Part shown: positions 7,514 through 18,394 of the stretch, in pieces | How the letters are laid out: every line of letters starts with the position of its first letter | How positions within the stretch are numbered: the stretch's first letter is position 1 | IMG/VR virus record: IMGVR_UViG_2531839486_000019 | Coordinates: 1 to 38,567 of that record | Direction: 5' to 3' (one strand) | DNA: 38,567 bases | Source of the DNA: a virus | Lineage: Duplodnaviria > Heunggongvirae > Uroviricota > Caudoviricetes | Program-made: the position numbers and the translations under genes | Notes under the pieces: model-generated | What the model saw: the letters and a program-made list of their open reading frames with translations, nothing else | Database searches by the model: none | What the model was told of the DNA's origin: nothing

Positions 7514-9988
7514 TTATTGCGGAGTGACATCCTGTGGTCGCCACCAGTATGTCTGGTTAAACTCTTTCTTCGAACGTTGCTCCATTTTACGCAAATAACC
7601 TGGTGAAAAATACTCCTGCATCTGGTTAAAGATCATGTGATCGAGAGCCGCCTTTAAGTACCAGAGATTCGCACCTGGCATCAGACCTTTCCCCAGCTTA
7701 ACCAGATCACCACCAGTCTGCTCATTCTTCCCTTCCACAGCATTTAACGGTATGCCCTGAGCAATCTTCACTACGTCATCAACCAGACCAGCTACCGGGC
7801 CAAGCATCGACGCCAGCGCGCCGCTTCCGTACCTAGTGTGATCTGACAATAAAAAGTCACCGTAAAGGCCAAGACCACCACCTTTCAGTAGAGCACCAAG
7901 CCAAAATTTAGCAGCATCTTCTCCTGTCATCTCGCGAGGATTACGACCAGACGCAAGGTCGTTAAGTTGCTGCGACAAAGCGCCAAGAATGGTCGTACTG
8001 GCAATAAACGTCGCAATATATGCCGCACGCCCACCAGCCGACGGCATACCCATAGCGCGTGACCAGTGACGCATAACCACCGAGATAGGGAACGATTTAA
8101 ACAGGAAAACACTTCTCGTTAATTCACCTTTCCATGTTCCACGCTGAATACCAGAACCGGTTATCAGTTGCTCACGTGCACCCGGTGTAATAACAGCCAT
8201 ATCAACTTCTTCAGTTACGGCACCGAGCAGTTTACGCATTGCCTCAAATTTCACGCGTTCAGGCTCACCAAGATGTTTAACTGCTGAATCATGGATACGC
8301 ATAATGCTTTCCGGTGTCAGCATCGTATTATTGCCGTTCCCCCAGTCCTCCTGTTGCGCCAGCTTCCATACGCTCCAGTCTGTGTCAGTAATCCCTTTGC
8401 TTTTCAGGATACGAAAATCAGAATCATCGAGGCTACGAAGGTCTGGTGTCCGTGACACTACTTCTCCCAGGCTTCCCATCATGGTTACGCCATAGGCGCG
8501 CTTGTGCGCATCTGACCATGCTGTAAGCCCACTGGCACGCATTACCGCCGTTGCAGCCCAACGAGACACAGACGGCCCCATATTATCCATCGCCCAGCGG
8601 TTAACGCTGCCAAGTAGAGATTCCATCGCCAGACCAGCGCGGCGCGCCCGCGCAAGTTCTGTACGGTTCGTTGGGTCCATAGCTTCAAGCTGGTTGCGGA
8701 ATAACTGGTTCATTGGAAGGTTGGTAACCTTCGCAGACAGATACATGGTTCCAAGATCAGAGAACGATGACAGCAACGCGGATCCGAGTCTGCTGGCAAC
8801 CAGCCAGTTGCGGATATTGTCAGACCATCGCGCGATGTGCGGATTCGCTACAGGCTGTGTCTTTCCGGAAATAAAGTTGTACAGATTCTCTGTGTTGTTC
8901 GCCAGCCGCTCGACTTTACCGGTTTTACTCGGGTTAGCTGTTGCCGTTTCTGCCTTCACCTGATCAAGAAGAGAGCGGAAAACATGATCGGGGTTTGGGC
9001 CATATGTTTCCACCAGTGCAATATCTTTACTGATACCTTCAAGGTGACCGACCATGATTTCCCATAGAGAGCGATCGCCATAAAGTTGCTGATATTGCAG
9101 ATAGGAATCTGCATCTTTGAAATGTATCTGTCGTGATGCATTACCACGGTTAGCACGTGCGCCGGAAATTCGCATTCCGGTATCAGTAAGCTTATTCAGC
9201 CCACCAGTAGCGATCGTGTTATAAGCCTCTCCAAGAAATGCAGACAACTCGGCATCGTTCATCAGTTGTCCATCGGCTCGGGGATAATATTTGCGATCCA
9301 GCTTACCTATAACATCGCTAACCCATTTATCTTTTGATACCGCCCCAACCTTTTCCATAGAATGATGTTGAGGGATCCCCCAGTTTTCGAGATAGCCAAT
9401 GTCCCCACCAGCATCATTAAACCGGCGGCGCAGCAGCTCTGTAACTTCTCTCCACGCCTTAGCACCTTTTCTTGCTTTAGCATTGCCAGTATTTTGCCCC
9501 CGCATTTCATATACCAGGTCACGTACGCCCGCTTCATCTTCAAACAGACCAAAAAAGCGAGGATCAACTGCTTCGAATGCCTCCTGCAATTGACTCAATG
9601 CATAATCACGGGTGGCTTTTGTTCTGGATTCAACAGAGAGGAAATTCGATTTACCGTCTGCATTAAAAGCAATAGTACGGTTAAGAGCGCCAAGTTTCCC
9701 ATCAGCCCCTTGATAGCTATTGATAAATTTATCCAATCTCTGACGTGCGGCTATAGTGAGGGCCACACGACGTTTCTTTAATGCCGCTTCTCGCTGTAAT
9801 CCTTCAGATGCCAATTGTGCTGCACGATATAGCCGCTCTGATTCGGAAAGTTGTCTCCACGACATCGGGTCATCACGAGCAATGGAGCGCATATTTCGAT
9901 AAATGCGGTCTTCAATGTTCTGTATTTCTCGCGCCGTTAACGTGCGCTGCGCCGCCTGCTGGACCGCTTGTATACATTCCTGTCTCAT
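7514..9988 (-). CDS. internal virion (ejection/core) protein, T7 gp16-like by position and size
   Basis: 824-aa ORF at the end of the structural operon just before the tailspike; synteny with T7-like internal core proteins. Confidence 0.65.
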   Translation of the reverse strand: MRQECIQAVQQAAQRTLTAREIQNIEDRIYRNMRSIARDDPMSWRQLSESERLYRAAQLASEGLQREAALKKRRVALTIAARQRLDKFINSYQGADGKLGALNRTIAFNADGKSNFLSVESRTKATRDYALSQLQEAFEAVDPRFFGLFEDEAGVRDLVYEMRGQNTGNAKARKGAKAWREVTELLRRRFNDAGGDIGYLENWGIPQHHSMEKVGAVSKDKWVSDVIGKLDRKYYPRADGQLMNDAELSAFLGEAYNTIATGGLNKLTDTGMRISGARANRGNASRQIHFKDADSYLQYQQLYGDRSLWEIMVGHLEGISKDIALVETYGPNPDHVFRSLLDQVKAETATANPSKTGKVERLANNTENLYNFISGKTQPVANPHIARWSDNIRNWLVASRLGSALLSSFSDLGTMYLSAKVTNLPMNQLFRNQLEAMDPTNRTELARARRAGLAMESLLGSVNRWAMDNMGPSVSRWAATAVMRASGLTAWSDAHKRAYGVTMMGSLGEVVSRTPDLRSLDDSDFRILKSKGITDTDWSVWKLAQQEDWGNGNNTMLTPESIMRIHDSAVKHLGEPERVKFEAMRKLLGAVTEEVDMAVITPGAREQLITGSGIQRGTWKGELTRSVFLFKSFPISVVMRHWSRAMGMPSAGGRAAYIATFIASTTILGALSQQLNDLASGRNPREMTGEDAAKFWLGALLKGGGLGLYGDFLLSDHTRYGSGALASMLGPVAGLVDDVVKIAQGIPLNAVEGKNEQTGGDLVKLGKGLMPGANLWYLKAALDHMIFNQMQEYFSPGYLRKMEQRSKKEFNQTYWWRPQDVTPQ

Positions 9989-9993
9989 TTAAT

Positions 9994-11796
9994 TTAACCT
10001 CTCAAGAAACACGCCACAGCGACATCAAACAGGCTGGAATCCTGTATTGCCTGCTCACTTTCCCTGTTCGCTTCATCCAGTACTTCACGCGCGCTGCGCG
10101 ATTGTGGATTACCATCATCATCCAGCACGGTGATTATCATGTCAGGTGATTCAAGCAGCGAGTCTTCAGCTATGCGCAGATCAATATCTCCTGCCTGATC
10201 CGCCATCATTTTTTGTTCTGCCTGTTGCAATATTTTATCAGGCTCAAAAGGAGCTACTTCGTCTGGCGTCCTGACCTCTGCTGTTTTATAGAATGAAACA
10301 GCCTGAGCATTAAGTTCACTTTCAGCCTGCTGTCTCCGTGCCAGTTCTGCTCGAGCTTCAAAAAACTGACCGCCAGGCTCATGCGGTGCCAACGCGTTAC
10401 GGGAAAATTCCAGGCGTTCTTGTGCCTGCCGGATTCGTTGGTCAATATCGCGAAGTCTGACCTGTTTATCTGATCGAGCACGAGACAAAGATTTACCGCT
10501 ACCGGTTGGCTCTTCTGCAAGAATTTGTGCGCGCTGTTCAGTGAGATTTTCAATAATTCGTTGGCTATTAGCGATTTCAGACTGGTAAACCTGTCTATCG
10601 CCACGCGGCAAAAGCTGCGCGGCCTGTTCTTCAAGCAACCGATTTTCTATAGCGCGCGCCGTTACTCCATCATCTACAGATGACAGAGCCTCATTAACTG
10701 CCTGAGACAGCAGACTCTTGCGCCCAGGAATTTCACTGAAAGATGCAGACTCAACAATGCTGGCAACGTCTACAGGTCTCCCCTGGCTAACATCAGACAT
10801 AGCTTTTCGCAGAGCCTGAATGTGAGAATTGCGCGAAAGCACGTTGATCGGCACGCCGGGCGCAATATCAATTTCAGCATGATGAGCGGCATTCGCCGCC
10901 AGTGCAGCATCAACATCAACTGGTGAAAAATTTGGTGCGCTTGTAGACTCGCCGCGAGAGTTAATAAATCTGCCGACACCACCAAACGCCACTCCAAGAA
11001 CAGCATCAATAGCAATTGCCTGTCGATCCAACACATCATACTGGTTAGCCATTTCGCTATAGCCACCATCACGAAGCGTTTTTGCAGTAAGCCCACGCTG
11101 TGCCATACCGAACGCAATATTTGTACCTGCGGCATAGGCAATATCTGGCGTTGCACGTACTGCTGTTGCTGCGGCGCGTCGCACTGAACTTTCACCCGTC
11201 CGCGGAAGCTGGGCCGCCACACCTTCCGCCAGCGCACCACCAGCACGTAACCCGAGGCTCATAGGGATCAGTGTTCCGGCACCAGCAGTAATACCCTGCA
11301 CTAATCCTGCTTCCTGCGCCGTCCTAAAATCAACACCCTGTGCTGTCAGCCGTTCAAACTCAGAAAAACCCTGTAGCGAAGTTACCGCCGCTGCACCTCC
11401 GACCGGACCACCGAGCGTTGTACCGACAACAGCCTGCCCGCCCATATCGAACAACCCATAAAGAACCTGCCCGGCGGTTCCAGTTGTCGCCGCATCAGGC
11501 GTCAGCCGCTTAACCTGCTGCTCTGCTAGTTTTCTCTGCTCGGCAATGTATGAAACTGAAGTGTCATTGAGCGAGGTGTTTTCGTTAACAAACTGAGCAA
11601 TCGGGGATACGATTTTATCCATCCCTGCCCATAGCAACTGATCTGGCTTTGCCACCAGCCCGGAGTACAAACCAGACAATGCCGCTCCTACAGCATTGTC
11701 GAAAAAACCAACATCGCTGTTAAAGCCCGCTGGATTTGATGCTGCTTCGTCAAGCTGCTGATTCTGGTTTACTGGATTAAGGCCAAAGTAACTCAT
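9994..11796 (-). CDS. internal virion protein
   Basis: 600-aa ORF; its start overlaps the upstream gene stop (ATGA); Ala/Gly-rich segments. Confidence 0.6.
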   Translation of the reverse strand: MSYFGLNPVNQNQQLDEAASNPAGFNSDVGFFDNAVGAALSGLYSGLVAKPDQLLWAGMDKIVSPIAQFVNENTSLNDTSVSYIAEQRKLAEQQVKRLTPDAATTGTAGQVLYGLFDMGGQAVVGTTLGGPVGGAAAVTSLQGFSEFERLTAQGVDFRTAQEAGLVQGITAGAGTLIPMSLGLRAGGALAEGVAAQLPRTGESSVRRAAATAVRATPDIAYAAGTNIAFGMAQRGLTAKTLRDGGYSEMANQYDVLDRQAIAIDAVLGVAFGGVGRFINSRGESTSAPNFSPVDVDAALAANAAHHAEIDIAPGVPINVLSRNSHIQALRKAMSDVSQGRPVDVASIVESASFSEIPGRKSLLSQAVNEALSSVDDGVTARAIENRLLEEQAAQLLPRGDRQVYQSEIANSQRIIENLTEQRAQILAEEPTGSGKSLSRARSDKQVRLRDIDQRIRQAQERLEFSRNALAPHEPGGQFFEARAELARRQQAESELNAQAVSFYKTAEVRTPDEVAPFEPDKILQQAEQKMMADQAGDIDLRIAEDSLLESPDMIITVLDDDGNPQSRSAREVLDEANRESEQAIQDSSLFDVAVACFLRG

Positions 11797-14306
11797 TGCG
11801 GAATATCTCCGGAGAATCTCTGACGCTTCTGAGTCAGATCAAGAACAACGGGAGAACCATCATCTTTCAGCAGATAACCAGTACCAAGTTTCACCAGGTA
11901 CTGACTATCGCCGTAACTTTGCAAACCATACTGACCAGGCGGTGTTTTTATCCCTGTGCCAACAACTTGTTCATTCCAAACCTGATTAACCTGCTTATCG
12001 AATTGCTCTGCAGACATTCCCCACGGCAAAAGAACATTCCCCATTCCGTTATAGTCATGCACGCCACCTGTAGCTACGTTAACAGCCTGTTTCCAGATAT
12101 CATTGTCAATTTCGCCTGATACCACGCCTTTTTTCGCCATCACACCAGCGTAATAGTCCTTTGCGATCTCGTATGCCATTGATGCCCCCTGAGCATCACC
12201 AGCAAATGCATCCTTCACCATGTCAGAAAACTCAAGGCGAAGATCAGCATCTTTAGGCATCGGAATACCTTTCGCGTCATCAGTACCCTTACGAGCCGCC
12301 GCACCAGCAAGAATTGTCTGCGCTGCGGTTTCAGGAGACACGGAAACATCAGGATTAAACCAGTTTTTTTCTGCCAAAATACCACCAGGCTTATCCATCA
12401 GTATCCCGGCAACGGCAGCAGATGGAGCGTTGGCACTGATCTGCTGTAGTGCTGACATATACACCTGCCCACCACCAGTGCTCTGCCTGATGGTATCGAG
12501 ATATGCTGCCTGTTGGGAAACTGGAGCATCACGAAAGAAAACACCGATCTGATTGGCCTCGTCTTTGGAAAAGAACGTCAGTGGAGTGCCATATGACTTA
12601 GCAAGATCACTGACCTGAGCGGCACGCAAGGCAACGCTCTGTCCAAAGTTATCCTTATTGCTCATGTCGATAGGCTTTGCCTGTCCGGAGGCAAGAGAGA
12701 ACTGCACAGGATCCGACTGCCGCTGCTTTATCACCTGATTTGCAGCCGAAACAACGTTGTCATAAAGAGCTGCGCGTGCCGCATACCCCTCCCCTGTCTC
12801 ACCAGTATCCGGGCGTAATTGCTCAACATATGCTGTAATGCTGCTTGTCGGCATGTTGCGGAAAGAGCCTATATACTGTCCGGCGATTTGCGTATTTCTG
12901 AACTCGGTATATCGCAGGTTTCCTTCTCTTACTCCATAAGCTGCAATAAAATCAGCCTCACCAGGTGGGTTAGGAAATTCAACGCCACGCATATACGCAG
13001 CTGTCGCATCGCGAACCTGGCTGTCAATCATCGTTTTATATTCAGCCTGCTGCTGCCGACGCAGTTGATCCGCCTGTCGCATAAAACTTGCCTGCGCCTC
13101 AGGAGATGCCGCATCGAATGCTGCATTACCGGTATAGCGTTTGGTGTTGGTTGGAATTGTTGATAAACCAAGTGCTGCACTGACACCAGCAGTTAACTGC
13201 TGATCACTGTATGGCTGGCTACCGTTCTCATGATGGATAATGGCTGCACAAAGCGCCTTCAGGGTATCAGGATTAGATGCATCGAGAGGCTCATCAGCAG
13301 AAACGCCAAGTTGTTCGCACACTGCTTTGATATACGACATAGTGTCATTTTTATCAGTAGGCGGTGCCCAGCGATTAATTATCTCGCTGACGGTATCAAT
13401 ACCCTGCATCTGATACGACATCAGGTTTCGCCCTAATGCACGAATCCCGTGTTCAGGTGTTTCGAATTTAGCAAATCGACCATCATCACCGGTCTGGCCT
13501 ACCCACGGATTAGTTTTGCTGTATTCGAGATTTCCTGGGTTATTGTTGCGTATGCCACGGGCACGCTCGGAAGAGTCACTATCTGCTACAGCACGGCGAG
13601 CTCCAGCAGCAGTATCACTTAACTCGCCATTACTTTGGATGAATGCGGTCGCATTGTTTGCCGACCACTGGGACAATGCGGCATCAGCAACCTTCTCTTT
13701 AAACTCGACTTTCTTGGCCTGGATTTGCTCGTCGCTCCAGCCATGCGCAATGCCGTAATCCTCAATTTGCTGGAAAGTTTGCTTATTAGCCAATACGTAT
13801 GCGGCGTTGTCGCCATACAATGCTGCGGCATTTTTACCATTGTTCAGCAGCGTAGCCTGAAACTGGCCTTCTTCGTAGGCGTTTATTTGCCCTATCTCGT
13901 GCCGCCCGGCCTGCGTAGTGAACTGAATGCGCTGCTGCTGCGCCTGCTGCATAAAAGTATTACGAGCCTGTTCATCCGGCAGCGACATAGCCAGTTGTTC
14001 GACCTGAGCATCAAACTGCTGCGTATACTCATGGCCTTTTCCAATAGCATTTTTCCCTTTCAGGTTAAGCAACCCTGTTTCAGGGTTATTCAGCAGATCG
14101 CTGCTTATCTGACTGAGGTTAAGAGATGCCTCCTGAGCCAGAGCGATATTGGCACGCTGTTTTGCCTGACCAAAAACATCAATAGTCTCTGCCCCTGCCC
14201 GAACAAAAGCATCACCAATACCTGGCTGAGAAAACGTCTGCAAGCCTGCTGACTGAACTCCACGGCTCTCAACCTGACGTCCGGATACTGTTGGTACGAC
14301 TGGCAT
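11793..14306 (-). CDS. internal virion protein, gp15-like, with a possible muralytic domain
   Basis: start moved to ATG 14304-14306 (MPVVPT...) with RBS GGAGG 7 nt upstream, overlapping the upstream stop (TAATG); motif GIRNNNPGNL. Confidence 0.65.
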   Translation of the reverse strand: MPVVPTVSGRQVESRGVQSAGLQTFSQPGIGDAFVRAGAETIDVFGQAKQRANIALAQEASLNLSQISSDLLNNPETGLLNLKGKNAIGKGHEYTQQFDAQVEQLAMSLPDEQARNTFMQQAQQQRIQFTTQAGRHEIGQINAYEEGQFQATLLNNGKNAAALYGDNAAYVLANKQTFQQIEDYGIAHGWSDEQIQAKKVEFKEKVADAALSQWSANNATAFIQSNGELSDTAAGARRAVADSDSSERARGIRNNNPGNLEYSKTNPWVGQTGDDGRFAKFETPEHGIRALGRNLMSYQMQGIDTVSEIINRWAPPTDKNDTMSYIKAVCEQLGVSADEPLDASNPDTLKALCAAIIHHENGSQPYSDQQLTAGVSAALGLSTIPTNTKRYTGNAAFDAASPEAQASFMRQADQLRRQQQAEYKTMIDSQVRDATAAYMRGVEFPNPPGEADFIAAYGVREGNLRYTEFRNTQIAGQYIGSFRNMPTSSITAYVEQLRPDTGETGEGYAARAALYDNVVSAANQVIKQRQSDPVQFSLASGQAKPIDMSNKDNFGQSVALRAAQVSDLAKSYGTPLTFFSKDEANQIGVFFRDAPVSQQAAYLDTIRQSTGGGQVYMSALQQISANAPSAAVAGILMDKPGGILAEKNWFNPDVSVSPETAAQTILAGAAARKGTDDAKGIPMPKDADLRLEFSDMVKDAFAGDAQGASMAYEIAKDYYAGVMAKKGVVSGEIDNDIWKQAVNVATGGVHDYNGMGNVLLPWGMSAEQFDKQVNQVWNEQVVGTGIKTPPGQYGLQSYGDSQYLVKLGTGYLLKDDGSPVVLDLTQKRQRFSGDIPQ

Positions 14307-14851
14307 TATAATCCTCCGGGTAATCTGGTTCCTGCTGCTGCCCCGATTGGCGCAGGAGTGCTTTGAGTAAACGGACTCCACGTCCCACCAAACATCTGGT
14401 ACGCACCGTATGCCTTCAGAGGCGCAGTGAGCAATGTTGTTGCTGCTCCCACATTCCCCTGTTTACGGGCTGAACTGGCTTCTGCTTTATAGTTGGCAGC
14501 CTGAACCTGATAACCGTAAGCCTCGCGTTGCGCGTTATTCACCGTCGTCAGCGAATCAAGAGCGCCAAACTGGGCAGTGTCGCCAAATATATCCAGCGCG
14601 TTACCTGTAGATAAATCAGCGCCGGTAGCCCCCATTGTCGCCGCTTGTGTACCAAGCCGCTGTCGGGTCTCTCTGCGCCGTTGCTCAGCTTCAGCGTTAC
14701 CTCTGTTTATTGCATCATTTGCCTGAGCAGTGGCTATATCTGCGTTCGCTTCTGCAACCTTCGAGGCATACTTTCCCTGTTGGTACTGGGTGTATGCCTG
14801 AATGCCACTCATGGCGAGCATTGCGCCACCAGCAATAACCGGATCGCACAT
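14306..14851 (-). CDS. small internal virion protein, gp14-like by synteny
   Basis: 181 aa; start and stop both overlap neighbouring genes (translational coupling). Confidence 0.55.
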   Translation of the reverse strand: MCDPVIAGGAMLAMSGIQAYTQYQQGKYASKVAEANADIATAQANDAINRGNAEAEQRRRETRQRLGTQAATMGATGADLSTGNALDIFGDTAQFGALDSLTTVNNAQREAYGYQVQAANYKAEASSARKQGNVGAATTLLTAPLKAYGAYQMFGGTWSPFTQSTPAPIGAAAGTRLPGGL

Positions 14852-15315
14852 TATTTTCTCTCCATGTGAAATCTGTGGAAATTAAGACCAAGAGCACCAT
14901 AAGGCGCGGCTTCTTCAAGCCTGAATCCAAGCCAGTGCAGCCATGCTTTGGCAACATGGTTTCGCTCGTCGACATAGTTTTCCAGGCGCGGATAAACTGC
15001 CAGCATCTGCTGCAATACAGGGCGGCAGTGGCGAAGAAATGTCTTCTGATATTTTTCGATACGGCTGGTTCCGACCAGCCAGGGCGTACCATTGCCACCG
15101 ATCATTGACGCCGGAGATACGCCAAACATGGTTACCAGTTCTCCGTTCGCGAACCCTGACCAGGCCATAGTCGCAGTGCGAAGACCAACACGCAGCGCAT
15201 CTTCGATAGTCATCAGCGATACCGCATACAGTTCGTCAATATCAGCCTGACGAACATCCGGCAAAATCATCTGAAGATGCTCTTCGGTGGCGGGAATAAT
15301 TCGAACATCGATCAT
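14851..15315 (-). CDS. virion protein, gp13-like by synteny
   Basis: 154 aa; overlapping start/stop with both neighbours. Confidence 0.55.
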   Translation of the reverse strand: MIDVRIIPATEEHLQMILPDVRQADIDELYAVSLMTIEDALRVGLRTATMAWSGFANGELVTMFGVSPASMIGGNGTPWLVGTSRIEKYQKTFLRHCRPVLQQMLAVYPRLENYVDERNHVAKAWLHWLGFRLEEAAPYGALGLNFHRFHMERK

Positions 15316-17786
15316 CAGAATCCCCCAACAGTAAGGCGAGGAATAACGGCAAGAACAGACAGCGGCAACGGGTCAAGCTGACGGATTCTTACACGTCCGT
15401 TTTTGCCCCAATTACTGTCCAGTTTCACTTCTACTTTTCCGGTAGCGTCATCAACAGGATCATCGTAGAACTCGAATTCACGCTGTGGATATTCGTACCA
15501 TTTACCGCCTGGCGTAGTCGCCCAGATGCCGCGGCTGGCATTCACAACCAGAGTAACGGATGGGATCACCTGTTTTTTGTCCAGCAGCGTTTCCTGTCCG
15601 TTAATGTTGATATCCAGTGTTTCGAATTCAGCAGTTATTGGCAGGCCGATGTGCACTACAGCCCCCGGTGATTCCAGCGTAACGGCACCTCCGGAAACTA
15701 CTTTCTGTGGTTCCACGTTCGCATCAGAGAGGATGTTTACGGTCTGTCCTTCAAGATGAGACAGGCCTCCAAATGTCCGGCGCGCCATCTGCCAGTTCGT
15801 GGTGGCCACATTCCTGAGGAATGGCGGGACGTTCCTGTTAGCACGAACCACTACAGCGGTATTGCTGGTTACAGAAATAATGTCGCAACGTAATTCTTTT
15901 GACACCTCATCGCCAGTATCAGGATCAGTTCCGGTATAAGGGAACTGTAGTTGCGCGCCGACATCACTACTGGTGAAGTACGCACCACCAGAAACACTGA
16001 TTGTATATTCCGCGCGGTAATCCCATTCGCCAGAACCACCAGTGATGATCATCGTTCTGTCAGACGTATTTCTTCCATCATAGCTAAGGCCAGAATCAAC
16101 AAAGAAAGCATCTTCATCGCTGGTAAATAAACGGCTGGACAGTCGCTCGATGTATCTCACTGTTTGCCCGTTAACGGTTCGGTTAACGACGAAATACACC
16201 GCATCTTCATTGCCTTCGCTGATACTGCATGTGCTTTCATATTTTCCGGTACTGGATTGTGGTGCCCATGCAAAAACCTGCTGATCACGCAAATAGGTCA
16301 TCACCAGTAATTTACCGTCATCACGGATGCAGAAGGCGCTGGAGTAAGGGACTATTGAGAAGCACCAGTCAACAATGCTGTGCTTCTGAAAAAGATGATT
16401 GGCAAGGATAGTAAGGTCGTTCCCCTGATAGCCGTCAACATCGAATGAGTAGGCCAGATCACGGACAACACTGCCTTTCTCCTGGACGAACAGAGCAATA
16501 TTCGCCACGGCAATTGGTGGGACATTGCTCGAGCCATTTGATCCCTGAGAGCTGAATGCAAATGATGATGGGGTAAGCACTTTGTTCTGGTCGCCAGTGA
16601 TGACGTACTCACCTCCGGAAGTCAGCGCCACCAGCGAACCAACATCAATCAGGTGACGGATCTCATTAACCTGACGCCCGGCATAGGTGTAGATAATTCT
16701 GTCGTCATCCTGCGTAGGATTGCTTTTGCCAAAATCCTTATAATCCCCAGTACGGCTGGCCCAGATAGTCTGAGGGAACGCAGTCGATGCGGCGAAGTAA
16801 AGACGTTGTTGATAATAAACAACAGTGCCAGGATAACCATTAACACTGTTCCAGGCATATTTAGCCCATTTATAGCTGGCATTATCCTCGCCAACGACCT
16901 GCGAAGGGATATAGGAAATCACCTCGGCAGTTGCAGTAGTTCCATTTGCAGCAGAGATACGGGCAATGCCAAAACCACTGTGCAGATACTCCCACTCAAT
17001 GCCGGTATCATCATCACCGGATCCGCCCCAGCCATCCCATGATGTGCCTTCTGTATGCGAAGGGCGCAAAGTGCCTGTTTTGCCTGCTGTAACGGCGCGA
17101 TAGTAGTTACTGTCTGCACGGCGAATATCGCCAATCGACGTACTCTTACTGGTTTCCCATACCGGCACAGAATCCACTGCAGGCTGTTCCAGATAGAACA
17201 ATTTGCCTACCTGCTCCGCGCCAAAAATTGAGGCGCTTGCCGTTAACGTAATTGTCCCGGTGCTGGCGCTGGCATAAACCGTCACTGACTCGTCAATATT
17301 GATATCTTCAAATGGCCCGTTCTTCGTTACCACATCAACCAGTTGCCAGTTGTCATGCGCATAGCGGCGCAACTCTTTCGGCGGGTATGCCGGATGAACC
17401 AGCGTAAGCACGTCTGCGCTTTGCGTGAATTTAATTCGGAACAGATCGGCTTCAGTATATGGCGTGGCAATTTCATAAATAACATTGCTGCTGTTCAGCA
17501 CCAACGCACCATCTTTGATAACGCGCATGTACTGGTGTCCGAACTCCAGAGCATAAGTCTGAACCGTCGAGAACTGGAACGGGATCAGGCGGCATTTCCG
17601 ATTTGGGTATTTGGCGGCACCGACAAAACGCGTACCAGGTCGATTCTCAACGCCGCCATACTGCCGCACGATAAAGTTATCGCACTTGCGCAATGCCACC
17701 TGGTACTTCGCCATGTCGATACGACCGTACAACGACGGTCCAATCTCACCACCGGCAAAGCTGGGCTGGATCCAACTGATAGCCAT
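15315..17786 (-). CDS. tail tubular protein B-like (T7 gp12-like nozzle protein)
   Basis: 823-aa ORF directly after a ~200-aa ORF, matching the T7 gp11/gp12 arrangement; size and position. Confidence 0.65.
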   Translation of the reverse strand: MAISWIQPSFAGGEIGPSLYGRIDMAKYQVALRKCDNFIVRQYGGVENRPGTRFVGAAKYPNRKCRLIPFQFSTVQTYALEFGHQYMRVIKDGALVLNSSNVIYEIATPYTEADLFRIKFTQSADVLTLVHPAYPPKELRRYAHDNWQLVDVVTKNGPFEDINIDESVTVYASASTGTITLTASASIFGAEQVGKLFYLEQPAVDSVPVWETSKSTSIGDIRRADSNYYRAVTAGKTGTLRPSHTEGTSWDGWGGSGDDDTGIEWEYLHSGFGIARISAANGTTATAEVISYIPSQVVGEDNASYKWAKYAWNSVNGYPGTVVYYQQRLYFAASTAFPQTIWASRTGDYKDFGKSNPTQDDDRIIYTYAGRQVNEIRHLIDVGSLVALTSGGEYVITGDQNKVLTPSSFAFSSQGSNGSSNVPPIAVANIALFVQEKGSVVRDLAYSFDVDGYQGNDLTILANHLFQKHSIVDWCFSIVPYSSAFCIRDDGKLLVMTYLRDQQVFAWAPQSSTGKYESTCSISEGNEDAVYFVVNRTVNGQTVRYIERLSSRLFTSDEDAFFVDSGLSYDGRNTSDRTMIITGGSGEWDYRAEYTISVSGGAYFTSSDVGAQLQFPYTGTDPDTGDEVSKELRCDIISVTSNTAVVVRANRNVPPFLRNVATTNWQMARRTFGGLSHLEGQTVNILSDANVEPQKVVSGGAVTLESPGAVVHIGLPITAEFETLDININGQETLLDKKQVIPSVTLVVNASRGIWATTPGGKWYEYPQREFEFYDDPVDDATGKVEVKLDSNWGKNGRVRIRQLDPLPLSVLAVIPRLTVGGF

Positions 17787-18394
17787 CAGGACAACCTCGC
17801 AATGGTAAACTCGTCAACCGGTGGCTGTGGTTCCTGTGATTCATTCTGGCTATGCGAGCCAGCACTAAGAATCACGCGATTGTACATATTGAGGGCAAAC
17901 GTACCGAGGTCTGCATTCCCAGTCAGCGCCATGTTAATAGCTGCCGCAAGACGCCAGGCCAACGCCTCCATAAAAATGGCATCAAACATGTTCACATCTG
18001 AAACGCGAGAGACATACTTGAGCCATGCCTGCGGCTGGTCTGTGTAGATCAACTTTCCTGTTCCGTTGGTGTCTGCACCAACTTCGTACTGAACGCGCAT
18101 TGCTGCTGTTGGATTGCGTACACCAGGAAGCATAATTTCAGTAATGCGCAGACAATCTGACGGGTACTGGTACGCATATTCCCAGTCAGGCGGTGGATTG
18201 CTCGTATCTGCAAGCGCCACGCGTTTGGTAGCAAAGTTCCAGTCAAAATCAGAAAGAACAGCATCACGGCAGGCCTCAAAGTGCAGCGAACATTCACCCG
18301 CTTCCTTGCTGGCTTCCGTCAGGCTGTTAATACTGCGGCTGTTGCCAATATTGGACAGCGCACGATTACAGATCTCTACTACAGAGGCCATCAC
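17786..18394 (-). CDS. tail tubular protein A-like (T7 gp11-like adaptor)
   Basis: 202 aa, immediately upstream of and overlapping the gp12-like gene. Confidence 0.6.
   Translation of the reverse strand: MMASVVEICNRALSNIGNSRSINSLTEASKEAGECSLHFEACRDAVLSDFDWNFATKRVALADTSNPPPDWEYAYQYPSDCLRITEIMLPGVRNPTAAMRVQYEVGADTNGTGKLIYTDQPQAWLKYVSRVSDVNMFDAIFMEALAWRLAAAINMALTGNADLGTFALNMYNRVILSAGSHSQNESQEPQPPVDEFTIARLS

Noticed and set aside
10770-11246. 158-aa minus-strand ORF in an alternative frame
   Set aside because: Fully contained within the 600-aa virion protein gene in another frame; Trp/Arg/Leu-rich junk composition.
13635-14252. 205-aa plus-strand ORF
   Set aside because: Antisense inside the gp15-like virion protein gene; Leu/Cys-rich; no independent support.
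17343-18047. 234-aa plus-strand ORF
   Set aside because: Antisense across the tail tubular B-like and A-like genes; no RBS; shadow ORF.
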